Shown in pieces: positions 1 to 10,600 of a DNA stretch of 64,000 nt. Source of the stretch: Nemertoderma westbladi. Its lineage: Eukaryota; Animalia; Xenacoelomorpha. Each line of letters opens with the position of its first letter. The stretch's first letter is position 1. The notes beneath the pieces were generated by a model. The model was not told where the DNA came from. It saw only the letters and a program-made list of their open reading frames with translations, and did no database searches. The DNA is taken from positions 73,044 through 137,043 of the forward strand of contig JAUCBJ010006975.1 of NCBI GenBank assembly GCA_032718475.1. Reading direction: 5' to 3'. Both the position numbers and the translations under genes were made by a program.

Positions 1-2
1 AT

Positions 3-1399
3 ATCGAACCGCCGATGTCCCAGGAGCAACTTACGCGTGAATTGGACTATCGAAAATTCACTGCTCGCTATACGCATCGTAATGGTACGCTTATGGACTT
101 CTTAACTACTGGTCATCCTATCGATTTACACGATACGGACGATGTCGACACCGAAAGGGAAATGGTACGATTTAAATATCCTACCCAGCGGAGGCGGAAC
201 GATAAACCGAGAATGGAACACGAGAATTCTATTCGAAACAGACTCGAAAGAGAAGACGTTGAGGAGCCGGATAAACGCAGCGACTTCAACGATTATCTGG
301 AATTCCTGAGAGAAACATATCTCAATATTGCCAGTCAACAAAATCTAGAAACTCGATATCCTCAAGGTATACATCATGACCGCATGGCAGAACTCAAACG
401 GCTCTATTCCACTATGATGTATCTTACCGCCGATCGACCGCTACCTGTTGTACCGGATAGCTTCGAACGGATGGAGGAATATTGTAAGCTGGAGAAAGAT
501 CACTCGCGTTTCCCCTACAAGACGTGCGTTTTTGGTATTATTGCGATGAATGCCCAAGACCCAACCAACAAACGGAAAGACATAAACATCCGCGGAGACG
601 TTGCTTTAAACACGGTTTTACTCGCTATATTTACGGGAGTTTCGAGCGAAACTTGTTCGATGTATCACCTACGCTCGTTCGACTCAGACGATCCTTATAT
701 AAACCAATGATCAGAGTTTCGGAATACTCGATCAGATCTCCTCATTCCCTAGTGAGACCTCAGACTCTTGATCCTATTAGTATGACGGATCCTCCCGAGC
801 TGTACTCACTATTCAAAGATCTAGTGTTACCTGAACAATTAGTCGGTGGCACCCCGGTTGTGGGCTTCCTAGATATTAGCCCATCCTACCTAGCCGGATT
901 GGGACGCGGACATTTAATATCGCCGTTTAACCCTTACCATCGTCCCGGCTTAACACGATATAACCTGTCACCAAAGTGGCGGAGAGCGTTGTACCAAATG
1001 AGTTAGACGCTATTCTACAAAGATCAGAAAAGGAACTTACGCTTGTTCAGATAAACGTAAATTGCACTAGCAAGTCCAAGCGGTAAACAAAGTAACTATA
1101 TCTCAGTTCGATCGGGAAATCCAGAATCTCTAAGAAGTTATCGAACTTGGACGATCCTATTCTCTGCGAGAGTTTTTGGATGAACGTATCCAGCTACGAG
1201 CGGAGGAAAATCAGCTCGAGGAGAAGCATATCGAAACGGCAGATACCTCGACCATAATCCTACACCTTCTGATGCAATCATATTGCACCCTTCACCCAGG
1301 AGTTATGGCCCTCCTAGTAAAGTGGCTCCCCCCAAAGAGAAAAGGACTCTTGCTAGCCTAAAAAAACTGCGTAAACGCCGTCTGCGTAAGAAAGACTAA
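3..1399 (+). pseudogene. Decayed long ORF of unknown function, probably an accessory ORF in the 3' internal region of an LTR retrotransposon
   Basis: Frame is open from the window edge through 710 (231 aa from ATG 15). It continues in shifted frames: 707-1006, then the coiled-coil-like FDREIQNL*EVIELGRSYSLREFLDERIQLRAEENQLEEKH. It ends in the basic tail KEKRTLASLKKLRKRRLRKKD* (TAA 1397-1399), about 70 bp before a PPT-like tract. No domain recognised. Confidence 0.45.
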
Positions 1400-1477
1400 C
1401 TGTTTAGAGTATTTTTATATTTTAGAAACTGTGATTTGTTATATTTTATAGACTTAAATCCCATTTTCTGGGAGCGG

Positions 1478-2665
1478 TGTAAAGGCTTTTGCGTAATTAG
1501 CCGGTTATTTTCCCCGTAAAGTACTCTGTAGTTGGTTTAACAGGCATAAAAGGCCGTGTCCTTACTGTATTGTTGTTTTAGAGGACATAAAAGCCATTTC
1601 TTCTGTATGTGTACTTTAGCGGACATGATTAGCAATTCTATGACGCAATACGCCGGATCCTCTTGAAACAGTGTAACTACCATGACGACGGCTAACAGCT
1701 GATATTGCCACGTGGAACATCTTTTTGTTCTTTGTTCTCTCTTTGTTCGGTCGACCAATCAGAGCGTTTTTTGCCTCTGTGTTGGAGATTGTATATAGAA
1801 ACTAGTGAAGTGAGTCAGTATGTGATTTTGTCCACAGCCTACAACACCGGCGTGGAACCTCCATGTTTCAGTCTTTAGTTCAACATTAGTAGGCTTAATT
1901 ATAGAACGTATATCCGTTATCTGATCATAACTCACTGAACTATCCATAACTTAACTAATCATACCATAACACAACTTACTTAACTCAATCCGTGTTTCGT
2001 ACTGCTATTTACTGTCGGTTATTCATTATATTTGTTGATGGAATATTATATTCGGAATACTGATAAACAATCAGACACCCCAATCTTCTTGATATACTAA
2101 AGGTTAGAGAGACCGGATACATATAACGATTGCGACTTACATTAAGTGGTTTGAAGTGAATCTAATGCTATTTTATAGGCCCTACACGTATTGTCTGTTG
2201 TTCTCCTTATATGTGACTAAAATTAGTGAAGGTCGGCAGATTAGTGTGCATTATTGTGCAGTATTGTGTATGATTGTGATTGATAACGAAGCATCTCCTA
2301 AAGAATGCGCCATATACGTGAATCTATAGCCATCCTGTTGTGTATAGTTTAAGTCATAACTCTGTTTATATATTTAAAGCGCCACGTCCTAAAGGAACTG
2401 TTAATATTTCCCGAAAGTGAATAATATTTGTCAGAGATTATATATATATTACGATCAGTCGAATAATACAGTAGGCCTACCCCGCAATACGGTTAGGCTT
2501 CCGAATCCAGTCTCCCGGGTATATCCAGCGGGTGAATGATCGCGCATAGACTGGATTCGGCTAATGTAGTGTATCAAATACTTGTTATAGGCTAAAGACT
2601 ATTTATCATCTAAAAGACACCCAAATTTGGCAGGTTAAACTGCTAAAGGTCTGAAAGCGCGAACA
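1478..2665 (+). mobile_element. Putative 3' LTR (about 1.19 kb, TGT...ACA) of an LTR retrotransposon inserted into the BEL integrase
   Basis: Purine-rich GGGAGCGG (1470-1477) immediately precedes TGTAAAGG. The segment is largely non-coding and ends GCGCGAACA at 2665, exactly where the minus-strand integrase loses homology (PHMSG, normally followed by xWER). The partner LTR is not in the window. Confidence 0.5.
2494..2564. repeat. Small hairpin or mini-MITE relic
   Basis: Perfect 13-bp inverted repeat CCGAATCCAGTCT (2501-2513) and AGACTGGATTCGG (2548-2560), with TAG...CTA-like outer ends. Confidence 0.6.
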
Positions 2666-2919
2666 TTCCCAGACATATGTGGACCTCGTGGTGGCTGGAA
2701 ATGAAAGTTAATTCGATGATTTGGGACTAACACATTGGAGAAATCTATGTCATTTAAATCATTGAGTGCTTCATGCAGCTGCCGCTCAGCACCCACAAAG
2801 TTGGTACCATTGTCACTATATATATCAGTAATCCTCCTTGCTTTCGAGTTAACAAAGCGACGAAGTGAGTTGATAAATGAGTTTGTCGAAAGGTCTTCAA
2901 CAACATCTAATCCCACAGC

Positions 2920-3054
2920 ACGAGTTGCAAGACAGGTATATAATGCTACCCAACGTTTCACCCGTGCCCTTCCCCGTTTAATATCAATGGGACCAAAATA
3001 ATCTACCCCCATCCTTGTATATGGAGGTAGGTATGGCTCAGTTCTATAAGAAGG
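2920..3054 (+). repeat. 135-bp target-site duplication, left copy
   Basis: ACGAGTTGCAAG...CTATAAGAAGG, read as identical to 4545-4679. Confidence 0.95.
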
Positions 3055-4544
3055 GATACCTGAGTGTTTAAAGCTCATCTATCCCATCATAGTAGACATG
3101 TACCGTACAACACGAGTCCCACAAGAAATGAAAACAAATAAGTTGGTGCCAGTTCCCAAGAAGGGCAACCTAACACTCTATGGTTCTTTTCGGGGAATCT
3201 CATTGATCTCGATTGCTGCAAAACTATACAATAGAATTCTATTAAATCGCATCAGGGATCCCATTGAGAGACTGCTACGTGGAAATCAGAATGGGTTCCG
3301 TAAAGGTCGTGGGACCACGGAGCCCATTTTGGCACTTAGAAGGATAATTGAAGAGTTATCAAAAAAGAAAGACAGGCATCTGGCTGTTATCTTTGTTGAC
3401 TTCTTCAAGGCCTTTGATTCAGTCTCTCGCTCACGTATGTTCAGCATACTTTCATTATATGGGATTCCTGATGAAATTATTGCAGCAATCAGATCAGTAT
3501 ACGATGGTTCGACAACATTTGTGTCTACTGTTGACGGTGACACAGAACCATTTGAAGTGTTATGGGGCGTCCTCCAAGGAGACACACTTGCACCATTCTT
3601 GTTCATTATTGTGGTTGACTATGTTCTACGCATGTCCTTAGATCATCATAATGATGATGGGGTGATGATAACTCCACCTACTGGCTCCAGAAGTCGAGGA
3701 AATCCTGCCAAGTACCTAACTGATCTAGACTTTGCTGATGACTTAGGAGTACTCTCAGAATCATTAGAGGGAGCCCAGCGGCTCCTCAGCTCATTAGAAC
3801 ATGCTGCTTCTAGTGTTGGTCTTTTTATTAACTCCAGAAAGACCAAAATTCTGACAGTTAACTTTGAAAGTCCTCAGCAAGTCTCTGATCGGATGAGCAT
3901 AAGCTCAAAGGATGGTATGCTTGAGCATGTGGACGACTTCTGTTACCTGGGATCATGGATCCGGAAGTCAGGTGAGGACCTTCGAATACGAAAGGGAAAG
4001 GCATGGGCAGCCTTGAATAGGCTTTCCAGGATTTGGAAGTCACCTAGAATTAATCGGAAACTTAAGGTCCGATTATTTAGAGCAGCAGTAGTTCCAGTAC
4101 TCCTCTACGGGAGTCCATGCTGGGCTCTAACTGCTGAGGACACCAAATCTCTGGATGGCACATTCACAAGAATGCTACGCCGGGTACATTGTGTCAAGTA
4201 CAATGCACACATCTCCAACCAGACACTATATAACATTGGAGGTGTCTCATTGGTTCCCCCAAGCTTGACACTAGAACAAAATCGCCTCTGCTTTGCAGGA
4301 CATTGCTTTCGCCGTGAGGACCAGCCAGTGCATAATCTTGTACTTTGGCAGCTTCATGGAGTGAATAAGCATGGTGGACAGCCCATGACTTTCTTGAGAC
4401 GCATCTTAAAGGACACTGGCCTTAAAGATGCGGATGATCTAGCAAATGTCATGGGTGATAGGGAGTTGTGGCGGTGCAATTTTGTTGACAAGCCGGCACA
4501 GCATTCTTAAAAATGCAGCTGCAATGCAGCATGCCGATCCTAGT
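3055..4544 (+). mobile_element. 5'-truncated RTE-clade non-LTR retrotransposon (1490 bp)
   Basis: Bounded by a 135-bp direct duplication of the host BEL sequence. It contains an uninterrupted RT frame, a 34-nt 3' UTR and no poly(A) tail. Confidence 0.92.
3056..4510 (+). CDS. RTE-type reverse transcriptase (endonuclease lost by 5' truncation); first ATG at 3098
   Basis: Motifs PVPKKG, FRGISL, QNGFRKGRGT, VDFFKAFDSV, GVLQGDTLAPFLF, LDFADDL, FCYLGS, VLLYGSPCW, RLCFAGHCFR and the C-terminal DRELWR typical of the RTE clade. No CCHC knuckle. Confidence 0.92.
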   Translation: MPECLKLIYPIIVDMYRTTRVPQEMKTNKLVPVPKKGNLTLYGSFRGISLISIAAKLYNRILLNRIRDPIERLLRGNQNGFRKGRGTTEPILALRRIIEELSKKKDRHLAVIFVDFFKAFDSVSRSRMFSILSLYGIPDEIIAAIRSVYDGSTTFVSTVDGDTEPFEVLWGVLQGDTLAPFLFIIVVDYVLRMSLDHHNDDGVMITPPTGSRSRGNPAKYLTDLDFADDLGVLSESLEGAQRLLSSLEHAASSVGLFINSRKTKILTVNFESPQQVSDRMSISSKDGMLEHVDDFCYLGSWIRKSGEDLRIRKGKAWAALNRLSRIWKSPRINRKLKVRLFRAAVVPVLLYGSPCWALTAEDTKSLDGTFTRMLRRVHCVKYNAHISNQTLYNIGGVSLVPPSLTLEQNRLCFAGHCFRREDQPVHNLVLWQLHGVNKHGGQPMTFLRRILKDTGLKDADDLANVMGDRELWRCNFVDKPAQHS

Positions 4545-4679
4545 ACGAGTTGCAAGACAGGTATATAATGCTACCCAACGTTTCACCCGTGCCCTTCCCC
4601 GTTTAATATCAATGGGACCAAAATAATCTACCCCCATCCTTGTATATGGAGGTAGGTATGGCTCAGTTCTATAAGAAGG
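4545..4679 (+). repeat. 135-bp target-site duplication, right copy
   Basis: Read as identical to 2920-3054. The same peptide (PSYRTEPYLPP...TCLATR) appears in both minus-strand integrase ORFs. Confidence 0.95.
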
Positions 4680-7600
4680 AAGATTTGCCATTTGTTTCTT
4701 CATGAGCCTATGATCACGCATCTTACAAATCATGCATTTACTTAAGAAAACCTTAATTTGTGACCTCAAGCCTATGATCCAATACCTCCTACGAATTTCA
4801 TTGGTAACATGCTCTCTGCCAGCATGTCCTAAAGACCAATGATAATCATAAATAATATGAGGAATTAAAACAGAATCCTTAGGCATAACTACTGGATTTA
4901 TCTCATCAAAATATAATGCTGTACTAACACAGCGTGAACCCATCCTTAACACACCAGATTTATCTACATGAGGGCTCATCCTCTCTAATGGACTTCCTTT
5001 CCTTACCGGACAACCTGATAATAACCTCAGACGATCATCCTAAAATGGATGCTGGACATAACTTAGTACAGCTACCTTTGCTGCATCCATCTCACATTTC
5101 GAAATCCTTTCTGGAGGATGATACTCTAACCCACGACGCTTGCAAAAATATGTACAACACGCACGTCTCATTCTTGCTGTACATACATACAACCTATTTG
5201 TATTCCTAAAATATTTAATAAACTTAATTGTAAAGCCAGGATTTGAGATCTTAATGGAAGACAAGAAAAACTTTTGTTTCTCGTCTGACTCATCGACTGG
5301 GACATCATATTTAATTGGATCAGCTGGCCATGTATCTTTCATACCTTGGAGAAACTCGGGACCTGTAAACCACTGTTTACAATCTATTAACTCCTGGGGT
5401 GTCATTCCCCGGGATACATGGTCAGCTGGATTCATATTGGTTGGAACATATCTCCAGTCATTAACTAAAGAATTATTTATTATTTCTGTCACTCGATTAG
5501 TTTCAAAAGTTTTAAGTTTCAAGTCTGGATTTTTGATCCACCCAAGGGCAACCTTTGAATCGGACCAAAACGTTCTGGACACAATTTTTTACCACAATTC
5601 CCTGATAATGGTCTGTCCTATCCGCAAAGCCAAGATACAAGATTGTAGTTCTAATTCATTGATTGACTTTGGGTTTTTAATCGGGGTGGTACGAGCCTTA
5701 GATGTGACAAAGGAAACCATGTGTTTATCACTTTCATGATAACACTTAAGAAGATACAACACTGCACCATAACCCTCCTTACTTGCATCGCAGAAGTGAT
5801 GCAACTCAAACGCGTCATCAGGTTTACGATTATGAAAATGAACTCGTGGGATTTTTAACTTAACAAGTGAGGGCAGCTGTATCCTCCATTTTTCCCAAGA
5901 ATCACTTATCACTGTGGGCAATTTTTCATCCCATCCTAACATGACTGACCACATGTTTCGCAATATAATTTTCCCTCTGAGGGTAACAGGTGATATAAAA
6001 CCTAAAGGGTCATACAATGATGACAAGGATGACAGACAACCATGTTTTGTACTTGGATAGTCACGTCTCGTACTCTAAAGCCAAATTCATCTGTCTCGGT
6101 GTTCCATTGTACCCCAAGTGTTTTGCTCTGAGGTAAATGTTCTAAGTCTAAGTCTACATTTTTTGACAACCTTGTCGAATTTATTTGAGCCCAAAATTCT
6201 CTACTGTTACTAATAAAACACCTTAAGTTGAAGCCACCACATGCAAGGCAATCAATTAAGTCCCGCGCTAATGTGACAGCTTCTTCAACTGTACTTACAG
6301 ATGGTAACCCGTAATCCATATAAAAACTGTGTTGGATTGTCTCATTAACGAGTGGAAGAAAATCATCTTTATGTGTGTCACTAGTAGGTCGGAGGGTATT
6401 TATGGCGACACATGGGGAATCCTTTTTCCCAAAGGCATGTAATGTCATACGGTACTCTTCAATTTGATCATGAATTTTGTCATTAGACCACCATAAAAAC
6501 CAACACTATATTGGTCCTTGCGGGTCATTTTGATACAATGAAACATTGACTCTATGTCACACATAAAGGCAATATCGTCTTGCCTAAATCTAAGCAAGAC
6601 ACCAAATAATAAATTAAGTTGGTTGGGACCTGAGAGCAACATGTCATTTAATGATCATCCACGAAATTTCGCGGCTGCATCATTTACTACCCGGATTTTT
6701 CCTGGTGTGTCTGGATATGTCACAAAATGATGTGGCACATAATTGGTTTGAGGAGAAGCAATTAAATCATCACCAACTAATTTAACTGCATACCCACTAT
6801 CTATATATTCGTGTATTTTCTCAACATACTTGGGAAAATACTGTTTACTTTCTTCATTTGACATGAAACGTTTTCCTAAGGAAAACAATCGTTTCTCTGC
6901 CAAATGCCGGTTATTAATCATGGTATTGGGATCACAATCCCATAACATACCTACTGCATACTTACCATCCTCTTCACAAAAAACAGTTGTCTCTTTGAGG
7001 ATCTGCCTGGCATGCTTATCATTTGCTGATTCATGTTGAATTGAGTTGTCATGGTCTTCGAGTCGACCATACCCAAGATTTTCAAGGTCCCAGAACTGGG
7101 ATAAATGATGTTTAATATCAATAGGTGGTGGAGGTTTTACTTGTGTCTTAAATGCATTTACAGATTCTTGTTTCTGCTGGTTACAGAGTGGATTAACAAA
7201 TGGACCAGAAATGTACCATCCCAAGGGAGATAATGTTGCATATGGTTGGCTGAGGGGTGAGTCACCATAACATTGTTCTAGTTTATAATGTGCAAGAGGA
7301 ACATCCTGTCCAATTAGGACACTTACAAATGGTAAATCTATACCTTTAGAATTGAGATCAATAGCTGACAAATGCGGAAAACTAGATACCAAGATGTGAT
7401 GTTCTCTTTCCTAGCTTCAATTTATCTGACACATAAACGCTAACATCACCTATGACTCTTCCATCAAATAACGATAAAAATTGGCATTGAGTTATACCAA
7501 TCTCAACATCATTTTCATGGGAAGAAGAGTTGTCATCGACAAAGAACTATATACTTCTGGTTCACAATTTAAGATTTGAGTAACTTCCTTGTGTATGAAT

Positions 7601-10600
7601 GAGTTGGTAGAACCACCATCTATTAAAGCGAAGGTAGAAACCATTCTTCCACAAATAAAAAACATTTAAGGAGACGATTGGGAGGATTGTTTGATTTAGG
7701 CTATCCTGAAACTTGTTCGTCATTGTGGATAACAGTACCTTTGGATTTTCCTTAGACCCAGATGGATACTTATCAGTGACATTTTTGTCTCCCTTTGGCT
7801 GCTTGGAAGAGGAGATATTAATCAATTTACGAGTATTTACATTATGCATTATGGATGCATGATTACCTTGACACTCTGGACATATAAGAGAGAAAGGGCA
7901 ATTTATTGCTATGTGTCCTGAACGGGAACACTTGAAACAACCATGTTGTTTCCAAATTACATTTCCCTTTTGAGAACCAGTCATTGCAATAAACTGTGGA
8001 CATTTATACAAAAAATGTGAAACTCCTTCACACAGAGAGCATTCTGGAGGAGTATTTGAAATTACAGGCGATGACAGATTACCCTTTTGCTTGGCTTGAA
8101 CTACCATTGATGTGACCTTCCTTATGTCCTTAAGAGGATCACTAGATACTTTGACCACCTTTCCCTTATCACTACTCTGTTGTTGATCCTTTGTGGAAAC
8201 TGTGTATAATTGTGAATAATGAGGATGATCTCCAACCTCAGCATAGAAAATCACGAAACGAAGAACATCCAATAATGTAGGATCAGAAGCTAGACCTGTT
8301 TGTGACCTTCTCCTGTTTGAGATTCGTGTGGCTTCCATCTGCCACTTTCTTATAAGTTGTTGTGGAAGGCGAGCAATGATTGCACGAAGATTATGATGGC
8401 TGATCTCCTGAGGATTTTTCAAATGTTTTAATGTATTATATACATTACGTATCTGATCTGCATATAACATCAAATCAGCTGAATTAAACTTAACAGCAGG
8501 TCTACCTAGAATAAGAGAATCGAAGGTTGATTGGATTATCTTAGTAACATGACCATATCTTTGATCAAGTAATGCCCATGCTAAACGATAGCCATATGGT
8601 GCATTGAAAAAACCTTTCACAGCCTCCTTTGGAGGCCCGGTGAGATATGCAAGGAGATATGAAAATTTCCCCTGATCACTAATTTGTTTGATTCCTATTG
8701 TAGCATTAAAGTTTACTGAAAAAGTAATATAATCCTATGGTGCACCACCAAACCTTCCAGGTTTAGGTAGTGGTGTATGAGATGAAAGGGCAACACGGTC
8801 TAATAATGCCCTCTCATAACCATCATCTCTTCCTGTGTATGAAGATCTGCCAAGAGGCTTTAATATATCACTCTGCCCACCCAGTGATAAATAAGCACCA
8901 TGTGGTGGGTGATTACTATCCTTACAACCACCGTTACCTGCAGGTGGTCCACGCTACTGTCACCTGGAGGTAGGCCATTGCCACCTGGAGGGTGACCACC
9001 ACCACCACTACAATTATTTGGTAAACCACCACTTCCACTTAGAGAGTGGCCTTCACCACTGTAATTCCAGAATGGTGGCTCTTCACTTCCAACAAATGGT
9101 GGACTCACACTTCCAACGTTTGGGGTGCCAGTGTATGTAATGTCAAGAGGATGTGTTGTGTACCTCGTGGCACATCCCTTTGTCCAGCAAAAATTCGGTG
9201 ATAATGTAATTAACTCCTGGTTCTACATTGTCTATAATTTTACTGTTTAAATGGTTATACTGACCAGGATTATAGTTGTGCAGACTGTCACCCATAGATT
9301 GTAAATGTGATTTCTCAAAATCAATGGGACTAGAAGATTTGTGAATATTAGCTGATATATCATCATACCAATATTTTCCCTTAAATCTGTTACCAATACC
9401 TGCATGAGGTGTGTTATTATCTACATGTTTACCGTTGTTGTCAAAGTTGTTTTCTTTGATGGGTACGTATGGTTCATATCCCCTATCCTGATCGCACTCA
9501 TTTGTCCTGTGCCTGGGTACATAGGAGTCCGCAGAAGCACGGAGACCAGAAATTTCTTCCTGTGCACCAATCAGTACGGGTGTATCATTTTTATTAACCA
9601 CTTTTGTTACTTTAGATTTTATCTGTTTATTTATGTGATCATCTTGTTTAAAAGTAACTGTCTGTGAATAAAGTTTGTCTGAGTTTTTTGTTTGACCAAG
9701 TTGCTCAGGAGGGTGCTCTGATGGAATCACATTCTGATGTCTTTCAAACAATCCCTCCCTGCGTTGATTCTCCTTTTGCAATAAATCAGCAACCAATTGT
9801 TTGCGCTGAAGATCAAACCGTGCCTGTTGTCTGTCAAAGGTTGCCTGCTCAATAAGATTATTTGCCTTTAATTCATTTGCCCTTTGCACCTTATTTTGCT
9901 TTGCGTATGGATTCAAGTTCAGCTTGTAATTTCGCTTCCTTTTCCTCAGCATCAGCCTGTAGTTTGGCTTTTGTTACCTGACTGGTTTTCCAATCAAGCT
10001 GTTCCTCAGCTTGTTTATCCATAAGTTTGGAGAGTTCCAGTTCCATCGAAGCTTCAACTTGTAGTCTAGATAATGAAGCCGATGGGCCACTTAAAATGCT
10101 TGTTAGTCGAGATTAATCCTTCCTCAGCTTCTTTGTTGCACATGTTGCACTACCGTGAAGGATGTATACTGTTTGTATCGGTGCTTGTGGTGATATCTCG
10201 ACTTCTGTTAATTCTAGAATTGTCTGGTAAACTTATATAGTTTGGCGCGGCTTCTTTATTTCTAACAGTGACCTGCTCATTTGTTGTTGTTACATCGGGG
10301 TTATTCAGCCATGGTACTTCGGCATGTATACCAACACGTGTGAGTTCTTTTGCCTGCACAGATCGTCCAGACTCATAGAAGTTATCTACACTGGTACACA
10401 TATGGGCTTCCTTGGCTATGAATTGCATTAACATGTCAGTATATTTCACTGGCATAGACATACCCTGGCGCTCATACTCCAACTTCAACTCACCTATTTT
10501 ATCAATTACTTTGGAATAAGCGTTTCTCAACTTGGTCAATAAATTAGGAGTTATGGATTTATCTACATGTTGATACTCACTTATTGTACGATCAAGCCGT

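Larger units (their letters stand above)
2666..4979 (-). pseudogene. BEL/Pao integrase region, interrupted by an RTE insertion and truncated at 2666
   Basis: ORF 4449-4979 carries the HHCC zinc finger and GVDYFGP. ORF 2635-3078 repeats GVDYFGP and carries SDNGTNF and PPRGPHMSG. The third catalytic residue (WER) and the C-terminus are missing. Confidence 0.9.

Noticed and set aside
3098-4510. Bacterial RT system (retron, group II intron, DGR) linked to the arrays
   Set aside because: The motifs and C-terminus are RTE-clade LINE, and no sequence relation to either satellite is visible.
2635-4979. Two separate integrase genes, or LTRs flanking the RT ORF
   Set aside because: The repeated 135 bp is host integrase sequence duplicated by the LINE insertion.
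2735-9855. Antisense ORFs over BEL and RTE (for example 5140-5739 and 3286-3606)
   Set aside because: They are shadow frames of coding retroelement sequence with no motifs.
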